A stretch of 64,000 nucleotides of DNA from Microcoleus sp. (lineage in GTDB: Bacteria; Cyanobacteriota; Cyanobacteriia; Cyanobacteriales; Microcoleaceae). A program made the translations under genes and the position numbers. The notes beneath the pieces were generated by a model, which was not told the origin of the DNA, ran no database searches, and saw only the letters and a program-made list of their open reading frames with translations. Positions 42,125-51,140 of this stretch are shown in pieces; the stretch's first letter is position 1; the number at the start of each line of letters is the position of its first letter. The stretch lies in NCBI GenBank assembly GCA_052279835.1, contig CP181291.1:2432001-2496000 (forward strand), in the 5' to 3' direction.

Positions 42125-43714
42125 TTAAAATTCTGCGTTCATTTGGCGCACGACTGTTAAAGCAGAATAGGAGACTCCTGCGGTTCCTTCTCCGGGATGG
42201 GTGGAGTCCCCGACTAACCAGAGGTTTTGAATCGGTGTGCGATTGGCAAAGCCGAAGGGTCCGAAGGTGGGTATTCGCTGGCCGATGCCCCCTACAACGC
42301 CTCTATCTCTGGCTGTATAACGCGCAAAGGTGCGGGGTGTAGCTGATTCTTGATGGACGATCGCCTCTGGTGTTAAATTGAAATATTCGCTCAAACGGGC
42401 GATCGCGCCGATCGTATATTTTTGCTTCAAAGCTTCATAATCTGCACAATTCCACCACATTCGAGTATCGGTAAAGGAGGAAGCAATCAGCGTGGCCATT
42501 CCCGTTGGTGCTCTACCATCTCCCGGATGGCTGACAGAAACAAACAAGGAATTATTCTCTCCTATTTCGCATTCGTAGTCATAAAGAAACTGAAGGTGAG
42601 GCGGACAGTTTGGCGGAATTGCGCTTGCTTTTACTCCTAAATAGATGACAAAAGCGCCGGATGCTGGTGGCAATTTATCGACTCGATGTTTGTAGCCTTT
42701 CATTTGATATGGCAAGCTATCATCAGAAGATTGGGTAAGTTTTGTATCCGATAATTCGGCGATTTCTGGTGAGATGTTTGAATTGGTTTCTAACAATTTT
42801 ACCAGATTTTGGGCGGTGATGTTGGCGACAATATCATCGGCGGTTTCTGTCCATATTTCGCCAGTTTTTTGATTGCGAATCGTTGTACCCGTAGCTTTGC
42901 CGTTCACTGTGATAATCCTTTCAACTGTGTGACGGAGTAGGACTTTGCCACCGTCTCGTTCGATCGCTTCTACGAGTCGATCGCTCAATACCTGCATACT
43001 CCCTTGTAGATGATACAATCCTTGTGGTGCTTGGGAGACTCCTAAAGCTGTGGCTGCGTAGAGTAGGGCTGTTTCTTCGGTATCTACTTGAGAATACAAT
43101 TTTAATTGCAAATCGAGAAAAGTTTTCAGACGCAAATTGTCGCCCAATCCGCAAAGGCGCAAAGCATCTCCTACTGTCATGAAAGTGAAAGGTAAGGTAA
43201 TCAAAGTATCGGGGCGAACAGCTTTAGTTAATTGCCAGAAATCCCAGAAGTTTCTGGGTGGTAAAACAGGATCGCGTCCTTGAAATTTCCAGCTAGCTTG
43301 GAATAATGTAGATAATAATTGCCAAAATTGTTCGCTGCCGGGAAACTGTTTTTGTCTTTCTTGTTGCCATTTTTGGGGTTCTCGCCAGACGCTAATGGGT
43401 GTGCTTTCTCCTGGTAAAAATACGGCACAGGCTGGATCGCAGGGTGTGGCGGCTGGGAGTTCGATGTTTAATTCGGAGAATATGCGGTGGTGAATTCCTC
43501 CGGGTTCCAATCCTGCGACTTGGGTGGCGCCGACATCGAAGGTAAAGCCTTTGCGTTTGAAGGTGGAAGCGCATCCGCCAGGGACGATCGCCTGGTCTAA
43601 GACTAGCACTTTGTATCCTCGGCGAGCTAGTAGGGCTGCTGCTGTGAGCCCGCCGATTCCGGCTCCGATGACGGTGACGCGGGATTTGCCAACAGGGGTG
43701 CGATCGCTGACCAT
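42125..43714 (-). CDS. crtD: Carotenoid C-3',4' desaturase
   Basis: GAGIGGL, GGCASTF, FDVGATQVAG, LQLKLYSQ, VGDSTHPGEGTAGV; start at MVSDR. Confidence 0.88.
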   Translation of the reverse strand: MVSDRTPVGKSRVTVIGAGIGGLTAAALLARRGYKVLVLDQAIVPGGCASTFKRKGFTFDVGATQVAGLEPGGIHHRIFSELNIELPAATPCDPACAVFLPGESTPISVWREPQKWQQERQKQFPGSEQFWQLLSTLFQASWKFQGRDPVLPPRNFWDFWQLTKAVRPDTLITLPFTFMTVGDALRLCGLGDNLRLKTFLDLQLKLYSQVDTEETALLYAATALGVSQAPQGLYHLQGSMQVLSDRLVEAIERDGGKVLLRHTVERIITVNGKATGTTIRNQKTGEIWTETADDIVANITAQNLVKLLETNSNISPEIAELSDTKLTQSSDDSLPYQMKGYKHRVDKLPPASGAFVIYLGVKASAIPPNCPPHLQFLYDYECEIGENNSLFVSVSHPGDGRAPTGMATLIASSFTDTRMWWNCADYEALKQKYTIGAIARLSEYFNLTPEAIVHQESATPRTFARYTARDRGVVGGIGQRIPTFGPFGFANRTPIQNLWLVGDSTHPGEGTAGVSYSALTVVRQMNAEF

Positions 43715-43864
43715 AATTGATTTATTGTAATATTTCTTAATATTATGCTCATATTTTGCAAAAAAACGTAAAACGCGATCGATGTCTAAACCCCGATTTG
43801 TTAAACAAAGAGGTCCGGGTTCAGACAACGCGATCGCGCGATAAATTTTTCTGCTAAATCAAAA

Positions 43865-45550
43865 TTATGGACGACGCCACTTGTTGAGATAAGCTTCTCC
43901 AATGCCAGCTACAGATTGCTGTTGGGCTAGCTGTTCTCGTAAACCTTTGATGGTTCTGATCTGTTCTTGAGACTGCTGCTGCAAAGCATCATAATTTCGC
44001 TGTTTGGCCAAACTTTGACTCAATTGATTTTCCAAAGCTTGCAACTTGGTTAGTTGAAGTTGGAAGTGCTGGATGGAGGTTTCTCGTTCCGATAACTGAG
44101 CAAGTAAACTTTCGTAACTTGACTTTGGTACGGTTTCGGCTAATTGCTGTTCCCAACTTTGCTTGGCTTCTGCTAATTGAGAATGCAAGGAGTTGAGGAA
44201 GTTTTCTCGTTCTGACAATTGCATCAGCAATTGCTGTTCGAGATTTTGCTTTTCTGCTAGTTGAGAATGCAATTGGGCGATCGAGTTTTCTCGTTCTGTC
44301 AACTGTTGTTGCCAAGATTCCTGTTGCTGCAATTGCTGTTCCAGATTTTGCTTGGCTTCGGCTAGTTGAGAATGCAAGGAGTTGAGGGAGTTTTCTCGTT
44401 CTGACAATTGCTGATGCAACTGTTGTTCGAGATTTTGCTTTTCTGCTAGTTGAGAATGCAATTGGGCGATCGAGTTTTCCCGTTCTGTCAACTGTTGTTG
44501 CCAAGATTCCTGTTGCTGCAATTGCTGTTCCAAATTTTGCTTGGCTTCGGCTAATTGAGAATGCAAGGAGTTGAGGGAGTTTTCTCGTTCTGATAATTGC
44601 TGATGCAACTGTTGTTCGAGATTTTGGGTTTCGGCTAGTTGAGCATCCAATTGGGCGATCGAGTTTTCTCGTTCTGTCAACTGTTGTTGCAAAGATTCGT
44701 AACTTGACTTTGGTACAGTTTCGGATAGTTGCTGTTCCAGATGTTGCTTGTCGGAGGCTAGTTGAGCATCCAATTGGGCGATCGAGTTTTCCCGTTCTGT
44801 CAACTGTTGTTGCAAAGATTCGTAACTTGACTTTGGTACAGTTTCAGCTAGTTGCTGTTCCAGATGTTGCTTAGCTTGGGCTAGTTGAGCATCCAATTGG
44901 GCGATCGAGTTTTCCCGTTCTGTCAACTGTTGTTGCAAAGATTCGTAACTTGACTTTGGTACAGTTTCAGCTAGTTGCTGTTCCAGATGTTGCTTAGCGG
45001 AGGCTAGTTGAGCATCCAATTGGGCGATCGAGTTTTCTCGTTCTGTCAACTGTTGTTGCAAAGATTCGTAACTTGACTTTGGTACAGTTTCAGCTAGTTG
45101 CTGTTCCAGATGTTGCTTAGCGGAGGCTAGTTGAGCATCCAATTGGGCGATCGAGTTTTCTCGTTCTGTCAACTGTTGTTGTAAAGATTCGTAACTTGCT
45201 TGCAGTGGATTTGGCTGCGTACTCGTCGGATTTTCTGCTGGAGTTTGAGCCGTTTGGGTGTCATTAATTTCCCTGACTTCGGTTGTTTCCCCTGGGGATT
45301 CGGCGACATCTACCGGAGTTTGTTCCGTTTTTTTCCAAGTTACACTAACTTTTGTCTTGTCGGTAGAAATCTCCAGAGAACCCTTGGCCAAGCGTTCTAG
45401 GAGTTCTGACCTGGATATGTCCAGCTTGCGAGCGATTGCGTTCAATCGATCGGCACTATAAGGAGTGAGCGAAAGTCCGATTTTGACTTTGCTTTCTGGA
45501 TCTGAACTAGCTACATTGCGACTTTTTTTTACCATTGGCATTTTCCTCAT
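43865..45550 (-). CDS. Ribbon-helix-helix-like N-terminus plus long tandem-repeat coiled coil
   Basis: KVKIGLSLTPYSADRLNAIARKLDISRSELLERLA fits the CopG/RHH pattern; followed by Gln/Glu-rich heptads. Confidence 0.8.
   Translation of the reverse strand: MRKMPMVKKSRNVASSDPESKVKIGLSLTPYSADRLNAIARKLDISRSELLERLAKGSLEISTDKTKVSVTWKKTEQTPVDVAESPGETTEVREINDTQTAQTPAENPTSTQPNPLQASYESLQQQLTERENSIAQLDAQLASAKQHLEQQLAETVPKSSYESLQQQLTERENSIAQLDAQLASAKQHLEQQLAETVPKSSYESLQQQLTERENSIAQLDAQLAQAKQHLEQQLAETVPKSSYESLQQQLTERENSIAQLDAQLASDKQHLEQQLSETVPKSSYESLQQQLTERENSIAQLDAQLAETQNLEQQLHQQLSERENSLNSLHSQLAEAKQNLEQQLQQQESWQQQLTERENSIAQLHSQLAEKQNLEQQLHQQLSERENSLNSLHSQLAEAKQNLEQQLQQQESWQQQLTERENSIAQLHSQLAEKQNLEQQLLMQLSERENFLNSLHSQLAEAKQSWEQQLAETVPKSSYESLLAQLSERETSIQHFQLQLTKLQALENQLSQSLAKQRNYDALQQQSQEQIRTIKGLREQLAQQQSVAGIGEAYLNKWRRP
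44100..45200 (-). repeat. Intragenic tandem repeats: ~4.6 x 123 bp (41 aa) and ~2.5 x 189 bp (63 aa)
   Basis: AAAGATT recurs at 44691, 44814, 44937, 45060 and 45183; CAAGATTCC at 44313 and 44502. Confidence 0.92.
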
Positions 45551-46089
45551 GCCAACCTACACTAATTAGTATAGTGGCTGAAGCTTCTATTAAAATCAAT
45601 TTTTGTTACTTACTAATTGTTGCAGCTTCCGTTCCCAATCGAACAAAAACCTGTGAATGTCATTTTGAGTTCCAGGAGTGCCGTAGAACCGCTTCAACAT
45701 TCTTCGCCCAGAGTCTTTTACGGCACGATACCGCCATGGGCGCTGTTTAGCTTCTCAAATACTATCCAACTTTTGACACTCTGTCAGCATTTGCCCAAAG
45801 TCCATTTGCTTAGGGATCGTCCATGACTAGGACGAAAAACAACAAAAGGTTAGCGGGACTGAGGAAAATCAGGGCTGAGTTAAAGGGTTGTTAGGGGGAT
45901 AGAGAGATTGGCTCGCCAGATCGATCTTATCACTGAGGCGATCGTCCGATCTCAAAGAGTGCGATCGGAGTCGCGCTCAACAAAAGAAGGTAATTATTTA
46001 TAAAAACTTTACATAAAATATTAGAAAATTGATACAATAATAAATAATATACCACCGATTATTGCTATAACTTTACAATTCTGTTACCT

Positions 46090-47928
46090 ATGACTATCAA
46101 AAATCATCAACAATATCAGCAATCCTTAGATTGGTTGCGACAATTTCAGCAGTTTATCACTGAATTCGATAGTATTGAAGCCTTAAAATCTGAAGGCAAA
46201 ATCTGGAAACTGCCCAAAGAATCTTACCAGACTAAAATTGACAAATTAAACTTAGAAATAAGCGAGTATGAAACACTGATTAATTGCGATCGAAAACAGC
46301 CCCTGCAAATCACTGTTGAAAGTTTAAAAAAACTACCCGATGCTTTAATTAAAGCTCGCATCGCCTCAAAAATCAGCCAAAAAGAACTGGCAGAGCGACT
46401 AGAAATTGATGAAGATATCATTAAACAGCATGAGGACACAGATTATCAATGTGCTAGTTTTCTAGAAATCATCGAAATTAGTACCGCTTTGGGCATAAAA
46501 TTTGAACCGGCTGCAATCCGAGTAGATTTTGAGGAAGTAACCCACATTAAACACAATGCAGAAAAATGCCCCAGGAAAAATTTTGATTCAGGAGAATATG
46601 GAGAATATACTCAAAACTCTTTACAGCGAACAGTAAAAGAACTTGCAGATGTAAAGTTTGCCCTGGATCAATCCTGTATTGTCGCCATTACCGATCGCCA
46701 AGGTAAGATTACCTACATCAATGACAAGTTTTGCGAAATTTCTAAATATTCGCGAGCCGAACTATTGGGAAAAACTCACCGCATTATTAATTCTGGATAT
46801 CATCCCAAAGAATTTTTTAGCGAAATGTGGCAAACTATCGCTAGTGGCGAAGTCTGGAGAGGAGAAGTCAAAAACCGGGCTAAAGATGGAACTTATTATT
46901 GGGTAGACACGACCATCGTCCCTTTCCTGAATGAAGCAGGAAATCCTTATCAATATGTGGCAATTCGTAATGACATCACTAATTGTAAACAAGCCAAAGA
47001 AGAACTACAATTTCTGAATGAAGAATTAGAAGCTAGAGTGGAGGCGCGGACTGCTGATTTAGAAAAGGTGCTACACAATCTCCAGCAGGCGCAAACCCGA
47101 TTAGTTCAAAGTGAAAAAATGTCAAGTCTTGGACAATTGGTTGCCGGAATTGCCCATGAAATTAACAATCCAGTTAATTTCATTTACGGAAATCTTATTC
47201 ATGCCACCGAATACACAGAGGAATTGGTAAGACTGCTTCAGCTATATAGACAGCACGATAGAGACACCCATCCTGAAAGCTGGGAAGAATCGGAAGACAG
47301 CGATATCGATTTTATGATTGAAGACTTGCCGAAAATTTTGGAATCTATGGGAGTTGGGGCTAAGCGAATTCAGGGGATTGTCACATCGTTACGAACTTTT
47401 TCTCGGATGGATGAAGCGGAGATTAAGAATGTTAATATCCATGAGGGGATGGATAGCACTTTGATGATTTTGCAGAACCGTTTGAAAACTAAGTCTGATC
47501 GGCTAAGTATTGAGGTGATTAAATACTATGGTAATCTACCTCGGATCGAGTGTTACGCCGGACAACTAAATCAAGTGTTTATGAATATTCTGAGCAATGC
47601 CATCGATGCTTTAGAAGAGGCGTATACTAAAGTAGATAATTTTCAAGGTTGTATTACAATTCGTACCAGTTTGTGCGATCGCCAACAAGTAGTGATTGAA
47701 ATTGGTGATAACGGTTTAGGAGTGCATCCCTCGGTGCAGCAGCGATTATTCGATCCATTTTTTACCACAAAACCAGTGGGTAAGGGAACTGGTTTGGGAT
47801 TATCCATTAGCTATCAGATAATTACTGATAGGCATAGAGGTACACTACGCTGTGAATCAGAATTTGGCAAAGGTAGTCGGTTTATTATCACAATTCCCAC
47901 TTTCCAAATAACTAAGTCTAAACTTTAA
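46090..47928 (+). CDS. XRE-type HTH domain fused to PAS/PAC and a histidine kinase
   Basis: LIKARIASKISQKELAERL HTH; PAS (YINDKFCEISKYSRAELLG, WRGEVKNRAKDG); IAHEINNP; PFFTTKPVGKGTGLGL. Confidence 0.9.
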   Translation: MTIKNHQQYQQSLDWLRQFQQFITEFDSIEALKSEGKIWKLPKESYQTKIDKLNLEISEYETLINCDRKQPLQITVESLKKLPDALIKARIASKISQKELAERLEIDEDIIKQHEDTDYQCASFLEIIEISTALGIKFEPAAIRVDFEEVTHIKHNAEKCPRKNFDSGEYGEYTQNSLQRTVKELADVKFALDQSCIVAITDRQGKITYINDKFCEISKYSRAELLGKTHRIINSGYHPKEFFSEMWQTIASGEVWRGEVKNRAKDGTYYWVDTTIVPFLNEAGNPYQYVAIRNDITNCKQAKEELQFLNEELEARVEARTADLEKVLHNLQQAQTRLVQSEKMSSLGQLVAGIAHEINNPVNFIYGNLIHATEYTEELVRLLQLYRQHDRDTHPESWEESEDSDIDFMIEDLPKILESMGVGAKRIQGIVTSLRTFSRMDEAEIKNVNIHEGMDSTLMILQNRLKTKSDRLSIEVIKYYGNLPRIECYAGQLNQVFMNILSNAIDALEEAYTKVDNFQGCITIRTSLCDRQQVVIEIGDNGLGVHPSVQQRLFDPFFTTKPVGKGTGLGLSISYQIITDRHRGTLRCESEFGKGSRFIITIPTFQITKSKL

Positions 47929-47948
47929 TTTAATACTGCCACGCATCC

Positions 47949-48056
47949 TATTGTTGACCGTTGCATCGTCAGGTGATTTAACCTTACTAGAACAGGCTTG
48001 ACACAGAGTCCGAGAATAGAGAGATGAATAATTAAGATGAAGAGAGGATTTGATAT
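47949..48056. repeat. Dispersed repeat copy
   Basis: Shares both ends with 38861-38966; ends in the palindrome GAGGATTTGATATCAAATCCTC. Confidence 0.78.
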
Positions 48057-48100
48057 CAAATCCTCAATGATTGAAAACTGGACGTTCATTCAAGGGAATT

Positions 48101-50089
48101 TTATCCAACAGCAACTCGAAAACCCACAATACTAGCCCTACAATCAGGTTGATATCTGAGGCGACAGGCGCTGCGACAATTCGGAGCATGATCGTTCCAA
48201 GAACCGCCTCGCAATACCCTCAGCGACTCGTCACCACGATAGTCCCAAACACGACCATCGGTAGGTGCACCATTGTAATTACTATGCCAAAAATCCGCGC
48301 ACCATTCCCAAACATTTCCGTGGAAATCGTACAATCCAAAAGCATTAGGTTTAAAACTACCCACATCAGTTGTTTGAGCTCGATAAATTCCCTTCGGTGC
48401 TTCAGCATAATTAGAACTACCGTTGTAATTTGCCAAGTCAGTGGTAATCGTTTCCCCAAAGTGAAAAGCCGTCATAGTTTCCCCCCGACAAGCATATTCC
48501 CATTGGGCCTCGCTAGGTAAACGATAATTCTTACCAGTTTTCCGAGAAAGTCTAGCGCAGAACTCCACAGCCTCGTACCAAGATATATTTTCTACAGGTC
48601 GATTTACGCCTTTAAAACGGGAAGGATCGGGATTGAGGAATATTTTAATTTCCGACAGTGAAGCTACCACCGCCCACTGAGCCTGAGTGACTGGAAATTT
48701 GCCCATATAGAAAGGTGCTAAAGTCACTTGTTGCTGAGGTTTTTCATCACTATCTCCCTCATTACTTGCAGAACCTATCAGGAAATTACCGCTAGGCACT
48801 GACACCATTTCTATAACTAAGCCGCTGCCAATATTTTCTTCAAAAAAATCAGCTTTTCCCTGTTGAACATTAGTTTGATGACCTCTTTTGTCGAGGGTTA
48901 AAAACTCAAATTTAAAGGTATTTTTGGGAGAGTTGACATTGTGGTTAGCCTGGGTAACGGCGACACTGTTATTAAATTGTTCCTGTTTTTTAACCACATG
49001 GCTAGGACGTTGCGTCCTGGGAGGCTGAGGATTTTGGACAACAATTGACTCTCCTGTATTTTGTTCAGAATTGAGAGCTAGTTTACCTGCTGATAGGGAC
49101 AGAGGTGGTTGGGGTGGTAAGGAATAAAGATTTAAAGCTTTGATTACTTCATCAGCAGATTGATACCTATTTATGAGATAATCTTGAATTAATTTATCTA
49201 ATACTTCTACCAATTTTCGACTTAAACTTGTGTGGGGAGGTAATTTTTTTCTCCAGTTACCAATGCCTTTAGTCGGGTCATAAAGCTCATCATAACCGTC
49301 AACTTGTGGCAAACAGTTAGTTAGCAACCGCAGGCAAGTTATCCCCAAGCTGTACAAATCACTGCCCGGAAAAACTTGACCCCGCATTTGTTCCATCGGT
49401 GAGTATCCGCGAGTCCCCACTGTGGTCCCTGATTTACTCATCAGCGATCCTGTTACCTGTTTAGAAACACCGAAGTCGATCAGAACTAAATCTCCTCGCC
49501 CTCCTTTTCGGAAAACTGAATTACGCAAGGTTCTAGTTTTTGGGAGAGATGAGTTAAGGGAGCTGCGACGGCGGATGATGTTCTCAAGTTTTATATCTCG
49601 GTGAATCACATTGCGATCGTGAACAAATTTAAGAACTGGTAGTAAATCTGCTAGTAACTGCCAAATTTTTTCTTCATTAAAAACGCCCTGTTGAGTTAAT
49701 TCGGCGAGTAAATTTTGCCCTTCTATTAACTCTTGTACCAAATAAAGTCGCTGGTCTTGTTCAAAATAAGCAATTAATCTAGGAATTTGGGGATGTTCGC
49801 CTAGTTCGTAAAGTCGTTTTGCTTCTTGCTGAAACAGTTCAGTTGCTTTTTCAATGGCAGAGGTTCCCTGAAATTGAGGCATAAACTGCTTAATTACGCA
49901 TGGGTCGTCCATGCGGTCTGTATCTACTGCTTCATAAGTTCTGCCAAATCCCCCTTCGCCCAAAAGTCGAATTACGCGGTAGCGGTTTCTGAATAAAGGT
50001 GTGAGGCCTTGAACTCCGCAACTTTGACAAAATTTAGAGTTGTCGGGATTGAAAGGATTAGAACACCTGGGGTTGGAACAGTAGAACAT
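48101..50089 (-). CDS. 4-Cys zinc ribbon + Ser/Thr kinase + FGE-sulfatase (CLec-fold) domain protein
   Basis: CSNPRC...CQSCG; GEGGFG, HRDIKLEN, DFG; RLPSEAQWEYACR, GNVWEWC, RGGSW, GFRV. Confidence 0.92.
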   Translation of the reverse strand: MFYCSNPRCSNPFNPDNSKFCQSCGVQGLTPLFRNRYRVIRLLGEGGFGRTYEAVDTDRMDDPCVIKQFMPQFQGTSAIEKATELFQQEAKRLYELGEHPQIPRLIAYFEQDQRLYLVQELIEGQNLLAELTQQGVFNEEKIWQLLADLLPVLKFVHDRNVIHRDIKLENIIRRRSSLNSSLPKTRTLRNSVFRKGGRGDLVLIDFGVSKQVTGSLMSKSGTTVGTRGYSPMEQMRGQVFPGSDLYSLGITCLRLLTNCLPQVDGYDELYDPTKGIGNWRKKLPPHTSLSRKLVEVLDKLIQDYLINRYQSADEVIKALNLYSLPPQPPLSLSAGKLALNSEQNTGESIVVQNPQPPRTQRPSHVVKKQEQFNNSVAVTQANHNVNSPKNTFKFEFLTLDKRGHQTNVQQGKADFFEENIGSGLVIEMVSVPSGNFLIGSASNEGDSDEKPQQQVTLAPFYMGKFPVTQAQWAVVASLSEIKIFLNPDPSRFKGVNRPVENISWYEAVEFCARLSRKTGKNYRLPSEAQWEYACRGETMTAFHFGETITTDLANYNGSSNYAEAPKGIYRAQTTDVGSFKPNAFGLYDFHGNVWEWCADFWHSNYNGAPTDGRVWDYRGDESLRVLRGGSWNDHAPNCRSACRLRYQPDCRASIVGFRVAVG

Positions 50090-50243
50090 ATCTGGGAAGA
50101 AATGATCCGGTTAAGATTATGATATATCTTTTATGGGTGTTTGCCTCCTCATGGAGTTATCAAAATTAGAAAGAGATTTAAATAGCAGGAATCCTAGCCC
50201 GATCGACTAATTTTCGCCACTCTCTGTGCGCCGATATTTGCCC

Positions 50244-50719
50244 TTGTCCTCGCTAATGGAGTGAATCAATCTCTGGATTTCTCAAAAATAGGGCCCAGCG
50301 GAGGGGGAGCATCCCGATTTTGCATAGGCGAAGCATGACCGCAGACAATTTATTAGTGATAACCAGAGATTTACAGCGGTCATGCTATAGCCCATACGAA
50401 TATATTTGCAAAACACAGATGCACCCCGCCGATGGGCCTCCGTAGCATTAAGTATCAAATTAAACACTGTCGAAGGGTTTATTAAATATTGTGAAGCTAG
50501 CATCGACAGATGGAAACATCCAGCCCGATAGAAGCTTCTTGGTTGGCGGCAGAGGGCTCGGCCAGACCCCAACACGCAGGCAGAAATATGGAGGCGATCG
50601 GCTGCACTTCATTATTCGGTGGCTGTTGATTATTTCCCAGCTTCGGTTAATCCACTGCACCACCGTCATTAGATGGATGGAAACTCCTGATTGTGTTTGC
50701 TAATGTGGACGAACTTTTT
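50244..50719 (+). ncRNA. Candidate large structured non-coding RNA, family unassigned
   Basis: Many nested helices found by eye, including perfect 11 bp 50332-50342/50376-50386; GAAA and cUUCGg tetraloops; 9-nt loop-loop complementarity; closing stem plus T-run; no credible ORF. Confidence 0.7.
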
Positions 50720-50727
50720 GCGTCTTG

Positions 50728-51114
50728 CTAAGTAAGTTTATTTTTGCAGAATTTGACTCCGAAAATAACTGATACAAACAGAATACAGCAGGATACTGAC
50801 ACTATTGTTTCTTTGATATTTGGTGATATGAATACGATAAATCCCTGATCTTTAATCAAGGCGGAGAAGCTGGACACACAAAATGGCATCAAATATAATC
50901 TGAAGGCCTGCCAAAAATCTTTTTTGCCATGATTAGAAGAAACACTGAGCATCAGACCCGTACCAATTACAACACTTATACCCATAGAATTCATCCATAT
51001 CTTAATGGAAGGATCGAAATGAAAACAAACTACTACAAGATACCAAATGAGATAGCACCAGAGAATTGTTTTATCTAATTTGATGGCGTAAAGATATTGA
51101 ATCAACCATTTCAT
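50728..51114 (-). CDS. Small integral membrane protein
   Basis: About four hydrophobic segments; LWCYLIWY and RLYLMPFCVSSFS; last gene of a co-oriented run. Confidence 0.7.
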   Translation of the reverse strand: MKWLIQYLYAIKLDKTILWCYLIWYLVVVCFHFDPSIKIWMNSMGISVVIGTGLMLSVSSNHGKKDFWQAFRLYLMPFCVSSFSALIKDQGFIVFISPNIKETIVSVSCCILFVSVIFGVKFCKNKLT

Positions 51115-51140
51115 AGGTATAACAAGGCTTTTTCAAAGGG

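Noticed and set aside
44100..45200. CRISPR array
   Set aside because: The repeats are contiguous in-frame 123/189-bp coding units without unique spacers, and there are no cas genes.
48101..48230. Diversity-generating retroelement target (FGE/CLec C-terminus)
   Set aside because: No template repeat, avd or RT in the window, and the would-be variable codons mostly end in T/A/G rather than the NNC pattern expected from AAC templates. A remote DGR cannot be fully excluded.
50282..50703. Short ORFs 50282-50575, 50460-50669 and 50491-50703
   Set aside because: Mutually overlapping, weak starts and no motifs; better explained as by-products of the structured segment.
50226..50727. Group II intron (GTGCG at 50226 and an alpha-alpha'-like loop pairing)
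   Set aside because: No domain V (AGC/CGC triad hairpin with AC bulge), no domain VI ending in AY, no RT ORF and no interrupted gene.
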